Shown here in pieces: positions 1-10,254 of a stretch of 20,000 bases of DNA. Below the pieces are notes generated by a model that was given only the letters and a program-made list of their open reading frames with translations, did no database searches and had not been told where the DNA came from. The translations under genes were made by a program, and so were the position numbers. Origin of the DNA: Catajapyx aquilonaris (taxonomy: Eukaryota); the NCBI GenBank assembly GCA_000934665.2, contig KZ538085.1, forward strand, positions 109,044 through 129,043, in the 5' to 3' direction. Every line of letters begins with the position of its first letter. Position 1 is the stretch's first letter.

Positions 1-252
1 GATGAAGCACCTGAAGATGACACCCGTCAATATGCTGACTCCAGCCTCCAGGGTAATACCAATGGGCCTCCACCTGCCATCCTGGATGATAACCAGTCTA
101 ATCATCTTGAACCTCCTGAATCGCCAGCGATTCACTGGGGTGGCGAATACTCAGTTCCCCAGTCTCCTGCACAGTTCCCCCGACCTCCTTTCAAACTCAG
201 ACTTGTAATGACCACACCGTATAAGAGAAGTCAACAGATGAATGGAAATTGA
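1..252 (+). CDS. 3' end of coilin-like paralog A (partial; begins before the window)
   Basis: Frame 1 is open from base 1 to TGA at 250-252 and reads DEAPEDD...SLQGNTNGPPPAI...EPPESPAIHWGGEYS...PPFKLRLVMTTPYKRSQQMNGN*. This aligns with the C-terminus of the gene at 1181-2207 (DESAEDN...SIQGNPNGAPPVI...EPPESPAPHWGEFS...PLFKRRRVVTMGYARSPQLTEN*). This frame is not in the supplied ORF track. Confidence 0.7.
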   Translation, partial: DEAPEDDTRQYADSSLQGNTNGPPPAILDDNQSNHLEPPESPAIHWGGEYSVPQSPAQFPRPPFKLRLVMTTPYKRSQQMNGN

Positions 253-537
253 GTTTCATTCATCCTACGTGACAGCCAGTCATAAAGTGATACTCATACG
301 TGTTATCATTAAGTGCAGCTTACCAGAGACAGAACCACCTTTGCTCAAGATAAATGGACAAATACAAGTGTACACAATCATCGTCACAACCGATCGAGTC
401 GTGTCTGACCCTCTAATAGTAAAAGTACGTATTTGTTGTGAACGGTGCATTGTTCAGTCTTCCCACGTTTTCATTTTTCTAATAAATTCATTGAAGCTCT
501 CTGAATGTGCATATTTGATTTGATGAGGGTCGCAGCA

Positions 538-566
538 AGATGGATAAACATGGTGTTTATCCATCT
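538..566. repeat. Perfect 13-bp inverted repeat (hairpin)
   Basis: agatggataaaca-tgg-tgtttatccatct; it lies in a segment that paralog B's 3' region appears to lack. Confidence 0.8.
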
Positions 567-879
567 AGGCCGTAATGTGTCCGTCAATAATTGTTGGACA
601 CATTACTTAGAGCGCACGGTGTAACAGTGATTGCCTTGCATACTAACGTGGGCAAAAATGCATTTTTCCTTAATAATTATAATCAAAACACTGCCATTCT
701 TATAAAAACTTTGTAAGAATTTATTCAACAGTTCTATACATGCATATCCCACTCACCGATACGAACACCATAAGAAGAATTGACCAGGAATGCGACCGAA
801 AAATTTTGAAAATTGGGCAAAGAGCGAGCTCCAATTTAAATTTTCAAAAACGAACTCGAAAAATAATTTTCATAACAAT

Positions 880-955
880 TTTCGGCCGCCATCTTTGTTT
901 CCTATTACCATCTGGCAACCCTGTGTTCGATCAGCGGGCTGGCAACACTGATCAC
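880..955. promoter_or_regulatory. Probable promoter of the coilin-like gene B
   Basis: YY1/Pho-type motif on the minus strand (cggccgccatcttt, about 883-896) and two related tggcaac(c/a)ctg motifs (about 913-923 and 940-950), upstream of ATG 1181. Confidence 0.4.
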
Positions 956-1180
956 TCCTAAATTCCGAAATATTTATCAAAACTGTCAATAGAATAAGCA
1001 ATTAAATTGATTTATTTTGAATTTTAATCCGTAAAGTGTGATTAAAAATCGAGTAAATTAAATTTGAGTCCATATCGTAGCAGCTATATTTTGTATAGCT
1101 ATGAAAAATAGTCGTCCTGGTGACAGCTGCTTTTTTGTCACCTTTTTATTTTGTATGATTTTGTTTGGTGACAGAAAAAG

Positions 1181-2207
1181 ATGAGTTCTGGAAGTATTAG
1201 CCGGGTTTTGGTGACCGTGAATGTCTCGTCGGAGTTGCCTGGACTGGTGGCGTACGTGGTGGGGGGTGAGCACATACGTGACCTGATGGAGCGTGTGGGA
1301 GAACGATGCAATGTGAAGAGAGGCACCTTTCACCTCATGTTTGGAAATGACTACTTGCATCCGGATGATCCGGTTGATGTCCTGCATCCGGATGATAGAG
1401 TCAGGTCGGTTGTGGATCAGTACGTTGCAAATAGGAGGGGCTGACGGATTATGTTCGCATTCCAGGTTGGTGTTGGGGACGTTTGATCCTGCGGTGCAGT
1501 ATCGACTAGGCCGCCGTGAGGAGGAGACTGCGGATATGTCGACAGCATCGCAGGACCATGTTGATACGGGGGCAACACCCGATGCCACACCCGACCAGCA
1601 CCAGCCGGTTGAAGCAGCTCCCGTCGCTAAACAGTCCGACGATGTGAAGGACGACAAAGAAGACTGTAAAGCAGAAGAGGAAGAAAAGCAGGAACGTAAG
1701 AAACAGCTCTCGGACACAACCACAGAGTCTGGCCCCAGGCGCCGGAATAGACGAAGCCTCCGAAGACGTCTCAGGACAAAGGCAAGAGATCGGACGACAA
1801 ATTGGCAGGAATTGAAGAATCAGAGGCAGGAAGCAACATACCAGGTGCCATACCAGGAGCAACCACGTCTAAACCACGTCAGATTCAACCAGGATGAATC
1901 AGCTGAAGATAACCCCTGCGAGACTGATGAACCGGAAGCCAGCATCCAGGGTAATCCTAATGGGGCTCCACCAGTCATCCCGGATCAACCGTTGACCTCA
2001 GGGGCTCGGGATGAAGAATCCGAGTCTGATTGTGATGAACAGTCGACGTATGCTGTGTTTTCTCCTGAACCGCCTGAATCTCCAGCCCCTCACTGGGGGG
2101 AATTCTCAGCTCTCACATCTCTTGCGCAGGCCCCACCGCCTCTTTTCAAACGCAGACGTGTTGTGACGATGGGGTATGCGAGAAGCCCACAGCTTACGGA
2201 AAATTGA
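1181..2207 (+). CDS. Coilin-like protein (paralog B), about 321 aa; exons 1181-1404 and 1466-2207
   Basis: A 61-nt GT-AG intron (1405-1465, ctgac branch site at 1441) joins two ORFs in frame. The N-terminus (..IRDLMERVGERCNVKRGTFHLMFGNDYLHPDDPVDVLHPDDRVRLV) resembles the coilin N-terminal ubiquitin-like domain. It is followed by an acidic, low-complexity region with a basic NLS-like stretch (RRRNRRSLRRRLRTKAR). The C-terminus resembles the start of the coilin Tudor region. No RG box seen. The family call is by eye. AATAAA at 2511-2520. Confidence 0.6.
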
Positions 2208-2351
2208 GTATGTGACAGCCAATCATAAAGTGTCACATGTTATCATTAAGAGGAGCCCACCCAAGACGGAGCAAGAGATGACCCAACTCTGCACAATTGA
2301 TGATATTATCATCGCAACCACATGTCAGGTTGTGTCTGGCCCTCTCTTGTA

Positions 2352-2439
2352 CTATGGGCGCCAAAAGAATTGACCGGAGTTGATGGGTATATGGTGCTAT
2401 ATACCCATCAACACCGGTCAATACTTTTGGCGCCCATAG
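2352..2439. mobile_element. 88-bp palindromic Tc1/mariner-type MITE with TA target duplication
   Basis: Flanked by TA at 2350-2351 and 2440-2441. Ends CTATGGGCGCCAAAAG(A/T)ATTGACC resemble Tc1-family TIRs. The whole 2346-2445 folds into 47-bp arms with 2 mismatches and a 6-nt loop. The homologous site in paralog A (about 411-430) is empty. Confidence 0.8.
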
Positions 2440-2915
2440 TACAAGCACGTGTATGGTACCTTTATATGGGAATGTAGCGTTTTGTTAGTCGTCCCATATT
2501 TAATTTTTCAAATAAATAAATTTGAAGCTGTACAAATGTGTAAGGTTTATTTCATGACCTCGGGTTGGATATCAGCTGACTTTTTAAATATAATTAATTG
2601 AAACACTGTCTTTCTTATAAAAATTTATTCAACAATTCTATACAGGCCGAAAAGAAAAGAATAGCAGGAAGAACAGAAAATGAAAAAGAAAAAAACAAAA
2701 CTCAGATCTGGGATAAATACAAGTTTGCGAGATGAGGTGATTAGAACACATCTCAAGATTAACTTAGACAATATTTTACCTCGATATTTACGAATAAGAG
2801 TTGACTTTCCTCTCGGACCACTGGGATGGATTTGATCTGGAGATGAACTTCTGAGAGGCTATATCACGTGTCATACGGACATTTTTTTGGGGGGATAAGC
2901 TGTCACCACTTTTAC

Positions 2916-4502
2916 TTAAATGACTTGAGAAGCTGAGCTCTGACTGGCATAAATTATAGCTCCCGTGAAGTTAATACCCGCAGCCAAAACGAACACGGGG
3001 AACCACCTTCCGTTTGACTTTACCACAAGTTCCGCAGTCAGAGGCCCGCAGAGAATACCGGGTATTGTTGCAAGGGTGTTTGAAACCGCGAAGGTGACTC
3101 CCGCATTGTTGGGTGCGACCTCCGCGTGATTTGAGAGATGCCCTGCGGAATTGCAGGCACACAGCCCCATCGAGAGGGACACAATCAGGACAGCCAGAAG
3201 TAAGCTGTCCACGGAGCAAAGGGCCAGGAGGAATGCGCCTGGACCGAGCAATCCGATGATGGTCATCAGGCGACGGACGGACAGGACTGTCCAGCCACGG
3301 GATGTAACCAGGGAGTCAGCCAAGTGGCCTGCAACTGTACGCAAGATTCAGTAACAATTCACAACTACTGCGATGCGATTAACTTACCGACGCCTACAAG
3401 CGAGTTCACGATGTAAGGCACTGCGGTGAGACTGATGCTTTCCCTGTTGGCTCCAAGGGTTCTGGCCAGATACGTCGGAAGCCACTGCATCACAATGTAG
3501 TTGCTCCAGTTCATGGCGAAGTGGGCAATGTAGATGCTCCATAGGGGCCAGTGAGACACGAATTCGACCCACCTCACCTTCTGGGTCACCTTTGGGGTCA
3601 GCAGGGGAAGGGAGTCTTGGCCCTGGGCGGACGTGGACTCTCCTCGGTACAGCACCACCCAGGCCAGACACCAGGCCAGTCCCATCCCTCCAAACATCCG
3701 GAATGAGTTGGCCCAATGCAAATGCGGGCATAAAACGGAGGCTAAAGTCTGGCCCACCTGATAACAAAAAGACGAATGAACATACGTTGCATTAGCGGTA
3801 GTTATGCGACTCACCGAACCGGCAGCCACGAGGTACCCAAATGCGCGTGACCTCTCTTCAATGGAAACCTGGTGCGCAAACATGTGGAATACTGTCGGCA
3901 ACCCCAGCCCCTCGCCAAGGCCCAACAATACGCGGGAAGCCAGCAACAATGGGAGCGACGGTGCCACCCACGGCGTCACGAGGGTCGAGACGGACCATAA
4001 CAATACTGCAAACAGAAGGACCGGCTTGCCTCCAAAGCGTGTCGCCGCACTCGCACCAATTATCTGCAATAACAAGTCATTACGTTTCACGACTAATTGT
4101 CTGGCCCAAATCTGCAAATATTCTTTCGCTTTCAGTAACTTCCATATTTTTTTAAAAATGCAAATAAACCACAGGTCAAAGTCCTGCTGTGCAATCAGTC
4201 AGCATATGGCTGATAAAATGTGATGATACGACTGCCATCAACGTTCCCAATTGAATGTTTCGACGTCTCATTATTCTTATTAGCTAGATGCGTTTTAATT
4301 GATTTTTTCCATATAAATACGCCACCTGGCTAGTGAAGTATCCGAATGCAAACGACGAGAGGATCCAGCCCTGCCAGTACAGATTCCAGTGGAACTCGTC
4401 CGTCATCGGTACGATAGCGATGGGCATCAGGACCCTGTCCGCTGCGTTAATGAAGTTTGCAGCGCTGCACAGAGCAATCAGACGGGAGCTCCCCTTCACC
4501 AT
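2916..4502 (-). CDS. MFS anion:cation symporter, SLC17A9 (vesicular nucleotide transporter)-like; exons 4502-4326, 4063-3815, 3757-3388, 3334 (or 3328)-2916
   Basis: SLC17/ACS-type motifs: NAADRVLMPIAIVPM, QGWILSSFAFGYFTSQ, RVLLGLGEGLGLP, NWSNYIVMQWLPTYL, NTLATIPGIL. GT-AG introns join the four ORF pieces in frame. A probable non-coding 5' exon lies near 4702-4860. Exact SLC17 orthology is not certain. Confidence 0.85.
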
Positions 4503-4859
4503 CTTTGCGCACGGATTACGACGAGGCTGCTGACTACTGAAATTAATTAAATATTTTGCCCAATTTTTCTTTCCCCAAAAAATAATAAGCCAGATGTTAC
4601 ATGTCGCACTGTGAACATTTAAAAAAATATATAATTACTGCGATGCCAACACAGCGACAACCCTTCACATATTATTAGTGTCATGTTGATGTGTGGCTTA
4701 CGTCGTCGGAATGGTCCAGTGTCCCTTGGAAGTCTGCTGAGTTCAATAATTTTGCAAGTTTTTAGCTCCAGTTGTCTTCACATCTTGTTATGATTTTTTT
4801 TTCTTTCTTTCTTTTTTTTAAGGATCACCAGGTATCGCCTCGTGTTATCAGATCGTCCG

Positions 4860-5113
4860 ACAATCTTATAGTTGGGGAATCGATACCGACGTGTCAGCCG
4901 CATCATTATGTACTTATTTAATTGTCTAATTATTTTTAAAAGATTTAATTACTATAAATAGTTTAATGTGTGCATGTTCGAACACAGCTGAGTGGCAGGT
5001 GTGCCAACAGTCATATTGGCTACCCTGCGGTGTGTTTCAAGATGGCGGCGCTCAGGACGTGGTTTAGTCATCTTTGTTAATTAAACTTAATTAAAAAACA
5101 CGGTTAATTAGTG
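4860..5113. promoter_or_regulatory. Putative bidirectional promoter (SLC17A9-like / PGGT1B)
   Basis: Short head-to-head intergenic region with a YY1-type caagatggcggc at 5038-5049 and a DRE-like atcgata near 4879. Confidence 0.45.
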
Positions 5114-6253
5114 ATGGATGAGGGCGATTCGCCTCCTGCCGGACGCTCCGGGCTTCGTTTGTCCAAGAGGCAGCATGTGCGTTACCTCCGATTCTGCCTG
5201 TCGTCCCTTCCGGGCAAGTTTTGCTCGTTGGACAGCAGCAGATTGACAATCGCATTCTTCGCGGTCTCTGGACTTGATTTGTTGGGAAGCATACCTGAGG
5301 ACCAGCGGGATAATATAGTCCAGTGGGTCTACTCGCTGCAGGTCGTACAATGCATTTTGAAGGTCATGCGTAAGATACTGACAAAACGGTTCACTTTGTA
5401 GGTTGTCACTGGAAGTCCGGATGAACAGTACAGAGGCGGATTCCAAGGTTCAAGTACGCTTCTTTTTAAAAATATTGATTCCACTTTGCCCTTGTGGGGT
5501 CATCGGACAGGTCACATTACGATGACCTACACTGGATTGGCCCTGTTGCTCATTTTGGGCGACGACCTCTCCGGTGTGGATCGACTGGCGTCCTTATGTG
5601 GAACTCGTGCACTGCAGATGCCGGATGGGAGCTTTCGGGCGACGCTGAGCGGCGGAGAGAGCGACATGCGGTTTGTGTATTGCGCTGCTTGTGTGTGTTA
5701 CATACTCGATGATTTCCAGAGCGGAATGGATGTACTCGCGGCTGAGGATTACATAATCAGAAGCATTACATATGAGGGTGGGATTGGTCAAGCGCCTGGC
5801 CTTGAAGCGCACGGAGGCAGCACTTTCTGTGCGGTTGCAACTCTAGCTTTGATGGGCCGGCTGGACTCGGCAATGACCAAGACACAGCTGGACAGGCTCC
5901 GACTCTGGTGCATCAGACGACAACAGGACGGATTCCAGGGAAGGCCAAACAAACCGCAGGACACATGCTATTCCTTTTGGGTCGGCGCGACTTTAAAACT
6001 GTTGGGTGCCTACAGTATGGTTCACACTGACTCAAACCATGAGTATGTGCTGAGTACACAGGATCCCATCACTGGCGGTCTTGCAAAGTGGGAAGGTTGC
6101 GACCCAGATCCACTTCACACGTATCTAGGACTGTCGGGACTTGCCCTGATGGGAGCGGATGGACTGAAAGAGGTTCACCCTGCCCTGAACATCAGTGCTG
6201 AAGCAGCAAGGCGATTGGAAGAGATTCATAAAATATGGAGATCGGAACAGTAA
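5114..6253 (+). CDS. PGGT1B: Geranylgeranyl transferase type I beta subunit, about 359 aa; exons 5114-5341 and 5402-6253
   Basis: Hallmark sequences SLDSSRLTIAFFAVSGLD, GHITMTYTGL, ESDMRFVYCA, LEAHGGSTFCA, GFQGRPNKPQDTCYSFW, DPLHTYLGLSGL; 60-nt GT-AG intron at 5342-5401. Confidence 0.95.
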
Positions 6254-7614
6254 TTGCTGCAGTTAATTGAAGCTTCACATGTCAATTAATTTTGGACCCG
6301 TATGACGAATTTAGGTCGTGAATTGTTTGAGGTCACTTCAGTGGCTGCTTCCTATCAAAGCAAACGATAGTCACAGTCGCCCAAATGAATTCGAACTGGT
6401 TTTGGGACAATCTTGTGGGTCCAAAATTCATATATCGGTGAATGCGCCTTTGTGACGGACATATCGAGGACAGATTTTGGAGAGTACATGCCACTGGATC
6501 TTCACTAGTAATCATTTACACATTACCTGTGAAGTTCGCTTAATTGGTAATTACTGTATGTGTCTATGCTATTTTTTTAGGTATGACATAATCATTATTA
6601 GGAGTCTATTGATATATCCTGCCAAAACTCCTAAGGACTGATGATCAGGATGGGACAGGTAGATGCGAATGATTGAGTATTAAACAGAGCCATTAACAAG
6701 TAAACCTTTTTATATAATTATCTGTACACATTAAGCAGTTTCAACGTGTAATATTTTCTACAATGTGGAAAACATGCAGAATATTATCATATGCAACAAA
6801 TTATGTCGATGGAATATCTCGAGATGCGTTTACACTACGGGAGAAGACGTGATTGAGATGCAGTCGAAATAATATCAAGAGACACATTAGTGCGCTTTAG
6901 ATGAGCAGTCCAAGTTGGTATCCCGTCACTTTGTAGCCCAAGTGTACATGTGTTTTGAAGCAGTACTACTGAACAATATCTAGGAACACATGCTTGTCTA
7001 TCGCAGTTGAGACTGGCTTCCTAGTGTAATCACGCCTAACGTGCAAGCTAGGTTGCACCACTGAACCTGCTGAGATAATTGTTGTACTGTATTTTAAAAC
7101 ATAACGTTTGTACTTGTTGGTAAAGCAAGCAGCATTTTGTACTCTATGGATGTGGCCTCTGAAATTTTGTGTCATATCATCTGTTGTTGCCACATGTCGC
7201 AAATATAAGCAGTGTTGCTCATCAGAATTAACAATACCTGTACATGTTAACGGACATGCTGTCTTTGTAGTGATTGCAATAATTGTCATCTTAGATTCAC
7301 CGTTACTACCAGTTGTGAGAACAGTTTCCGCAAATTATTTGTGGCCAACAGCGACTAATTTTGATGAGAGTACAGGTCGCTTCATCCATGACAAGCTTTG
7401 TTACTAATTATTAGCCACTCTTTATTTTACAAACAGTGGCAAAGGTGTTAAAGTGCTTTTTAAAAATAAGAGGATATGAAAGAGAGAGAGAGATGGAAAT
7501 TTTGCATGTAAAAGATGTATCTATTTGTTAATAACAACAACAGTGTAAATAAACTATGTTAAAAAGTGAATTAAGACGTCTAGCGTCCAACTCATATGAT
7601 TTTAAAAATTTCCA

Positions 7615-9284
7615 CTACAACTTTTCCTTGATTGCTTTTGCTTTTGCTTTCGCCCTGAAATATAACTTCTCATAAAATCGTTCCATGTTGTCATAAAACT
7701 CTAGCCGCCGCTGCTGATGACCTCTTTCGATCTCTCCAGCTTTGGGATACGTACTCTCGTCATGCGAATCGTACTCGGTAGGATCAACAGATGGAATGAA
7801 CAGCTCACCATTGGGGTCATTCTCACCAGACGCAATTCTCTCATATAATTTTTGTTGCGCATGAATCGACTCGTCTTGGGTCTTCTTTCCTTTTGGCCGA
7901 TCACTTATCCTTTCATACACTCGTATTGATTGTGCAAGGTGCTTAGATGGTAATTGACTTTTTGTGTCATGCGATTTAACTGGTCGTCGTGTAGGACTAC
8001 TTGGTACATCAGGTGTCTTGTAGCTTCCTTTTTCTGCTACTCTCTGAGGCGATCTGTTGATTGATTTGTCTGCTTCTGTTTCAGGTGATCTATCAAGTGC
8101 GCTGTCCACTTCTGTCTGAGGGTCTTGGCCTGCTGCCATCCTGACACTTGGTACGGGAGACTTCCTGCTCAGTGTGTCGTCTACCATCCTGTAGCCGTAG
8201 GTCATCTTAGCGCCCATTTTTGCACCCCTGTCAGGAGAACTGGTCGCACCATGACGTCCAGCATATTCACGCCCAAAAAATTCGCGGTATGTCCTGCACA
8301 CATCGCATCGCTCGTTATCATGCGGGCCCACAATTTCACCGCAATTTGCACAGTTGCATCCTGCAGGTACGGCTGTTCTCCACCCATGAGCTTTCCGTTG
8401 TCTGGGAGGTGATGGGGAATAGTCCCAATTGGTATCGCCTGGTATGCATCTTTGATGGAACCCTCTATGTTTTGGCGGTAGAATCTGTTGCAAGGAACAT
8501 CTCTGGAGCAAATTCTCCGTTTCCCTTCCTGGGTACCGACCAATCAAGCCCGCCGAGACATGCCGGACCACAAAAGGCGGTCGCCTATCGAGGCCAGTTT
8601 GATCCACCCATGGGCCACCTACAGTGTGAGGTCGAATATAATTTAAGCCGGCCAAAGTGGCATCCAAATGGGCTCCCAACATGGACGGCTCGGGCGAGAC
8701 AACTGTCTTTGACATCACTTCCAATTTTGGGCTTAGGCAGCTCTGAAACATATTTATCACACCTAATGTAAGTGATGAATGTATTGAATTTTTGCGCAGT
8801 ACATGATAAACACACTGTGCTTACAGGAAAGTCTCTGGTGGTGTCCATGATGAGATCCAGCCCCACGGATTGTACATGTGGGCTGTTCCTCGGATACGGA
8901 AAGAGAATCTCACTTGCAGAGCACTCGAAGGATGCCAGCGTCATCTCCGCGTTATGAGATGTCTCCTGAACCATCTCGACGAACACGGATTCTCTGTCCA
9001 GTTGTTTCTGTACCCCATTGAAGTTCAGCGCCCCACGATACACCTGCAATAAAACTCAACTGTTAATTGGTTTCGCATTATCGCAGTAAGTGAAACCGGA
9101 CCTTTTCGCACTCAAAGTTAGAGTTGAAGATGAGCGGAAAGACAGGCGAGACCCTCTGCGTCCTTCCTCTGAACCCAATGAGCGACACGTACAGGTGGAT
9201 CATACCAGGTCTGGGCAGCGACACTCCGGGACAGGTGACGGCCTGCACCTCCAGCTGCACCACAACTTTGACCCCTCGTGACAT
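7615..9284 (-). CDS. SPATA6-like (spermatogenesis-associated protein 6 family), about 509 aa; exons 9284-9102, 9043-8825, 8742-7615
   Basis: N-terminal SPATA6 domain pattern VVVQLEVQAVTCPGV...SPVFPLIF..F..EK...LFPYP...DFP..SPKLE. Phase-0 GT-AG introns at 9101-9044 and 8824-8743. Long low-complexity C-terminal exon. Confidence 0.8.
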
Positions 9285-9725
9285 CCTGCTGACCTCTGAC
9301 CTCCTCAAAAGTCCTCTCTCTCCACCAAAACAAATATTATGCAGTCCTTCTAATTACATATCTGGATCGATCATCAGCAAGGTATCCGAGGCAACACATG
9401 GGGGTTTGTAAATACCAATAATTTGTAAGGCCATTGACCTACTTTTTCAAGTTCAAATTTCCTTCCATTTTTTTCCGAATTCGGTTTTTAAAAATGTGAC
9501 GTCATCATGTCAACGCACTGGTGACGTCACGTGAGGCGATTGGAACAGGTTTCTTAAAAATGGGAAAAACTAATCGATTTATTATAACGAAATATTTATA
9601 ACAAATTTAATCTGGGAATTTTTTAATATCGTTTAAAAGTAAGTGGTGTATATTAATTTATTAAAGGAATTTCTGTTGGCAGCTTGGTTCCATTTTCGTG
9701 TTCCAAAATCTAAGATGGCGGAATA
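9285..9725. promoter_or_regulatory. Putative bidirectional promoter (SPATA6-like / FAM32A)
   Basis: Two perfect CRE palindromes TGACGTCA (9497-9504 and 9522-9529), the second overlapping an E-box CACGTG (9528-9533). YY1-type aagatggcgg overlaps the FAM32A ATG. Confidence 0.5.
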
Positions 9726-10254
9726 CGAGACGGCAAGTAAAAAGAAGCTTCAGCTGAAAGGCGTCTCCGAACTAGGAATTAAGAAGTAATTTCACCTTAC
9801 AATTAATTGCAATTGTAGCCTGTACTTGCCTGACGATAATTAGTATCAGTGCACCTGCGTGTGTTGACATATGTGTAATGAAAGGTTTGGTTTTTGTCTG
9901 GCAGAAAGAAGAAGAGGAAGGAGAAGCAGTTGGTGGTGGAGCATGTTCCGAAGGTTGAGGCTCAGAACTTGGAGAAGACGGAGGAGCAGAGGAACAAGGA
10001 GCAGGCGCAGATAAGGAAGACCAAGGCGGAACTCTCGTTCTTGCAGATGCAGCAAAAGATGGTTCGTACGCTCGTTCGTACCGTGCATGAAATTGACGTG
10101 GCAGGTCTGACAAGTGCAAATCTTCTTACAGCAAACGGAGCGTATACTCCAGAAGGCCTCAAAGACGCACAAGCAGCGAGTGGAGGACTTCAATCGCCAC
10201 TTGGACACCCTTACTGAGCACTTTGACATCCCGAAGGTCAGCTGGACCAAGTGA
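9715..10254 (+). CDS. FAM32A: Protein FAM32A, about 116 aa; exons 9715-9785, 9905-10061, 10132-10254
   Basis: Spliced product MAEYETASKKKLQLKGV..KKKKKRKEK..KTKAELSF..ILQKASKTHKQRVEDFNRHLDTLTEHFDIPKVSWTK carries the characteristic FAM32A C-terminus. AATAAA at 10394-10399. Confidence 0.95.

Larger units (their letters stand above)
1..740 (+). repeat. Diverged tandem duplication; homologous to 1893-2644
   Basis: Co-linear nucleotide similarity through CDS, stop and 3' region. Examples: gtgacagccagtcataaagtg vs gtgacagccaatcataaagtg; aaacactgccattcttataaaa..aatttattcaacagttctataca vs aaacactgtctttcttataaaaatttattcaacaattctataca. Unit spacing is about 1.9 kb. Confidence 0.85.

Noticed and set aside
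2..208. 68-aa ORF in the track
   Set aside because: Wrong frame; frame 1 (1-252) is the one homologous to the downstream paralog.
1058..1862. Minus-strand ORFs of 221 and 118 aa
   Set aside because: Antisense shadows of the coilin-like CDS with no recognisable features.
6860..7407. Overlapping 107-aa (-) and 99-aa (+) ORFs between PGGT1B and SPATA6-like
   Set aside because: No recognisable domain or splice structure; probably UTR or intergenic, although a decayed gene cannot be excluded without a search.
7480..7493. Short (AG)n run
   Set aside because: Ordinary microsatellite.
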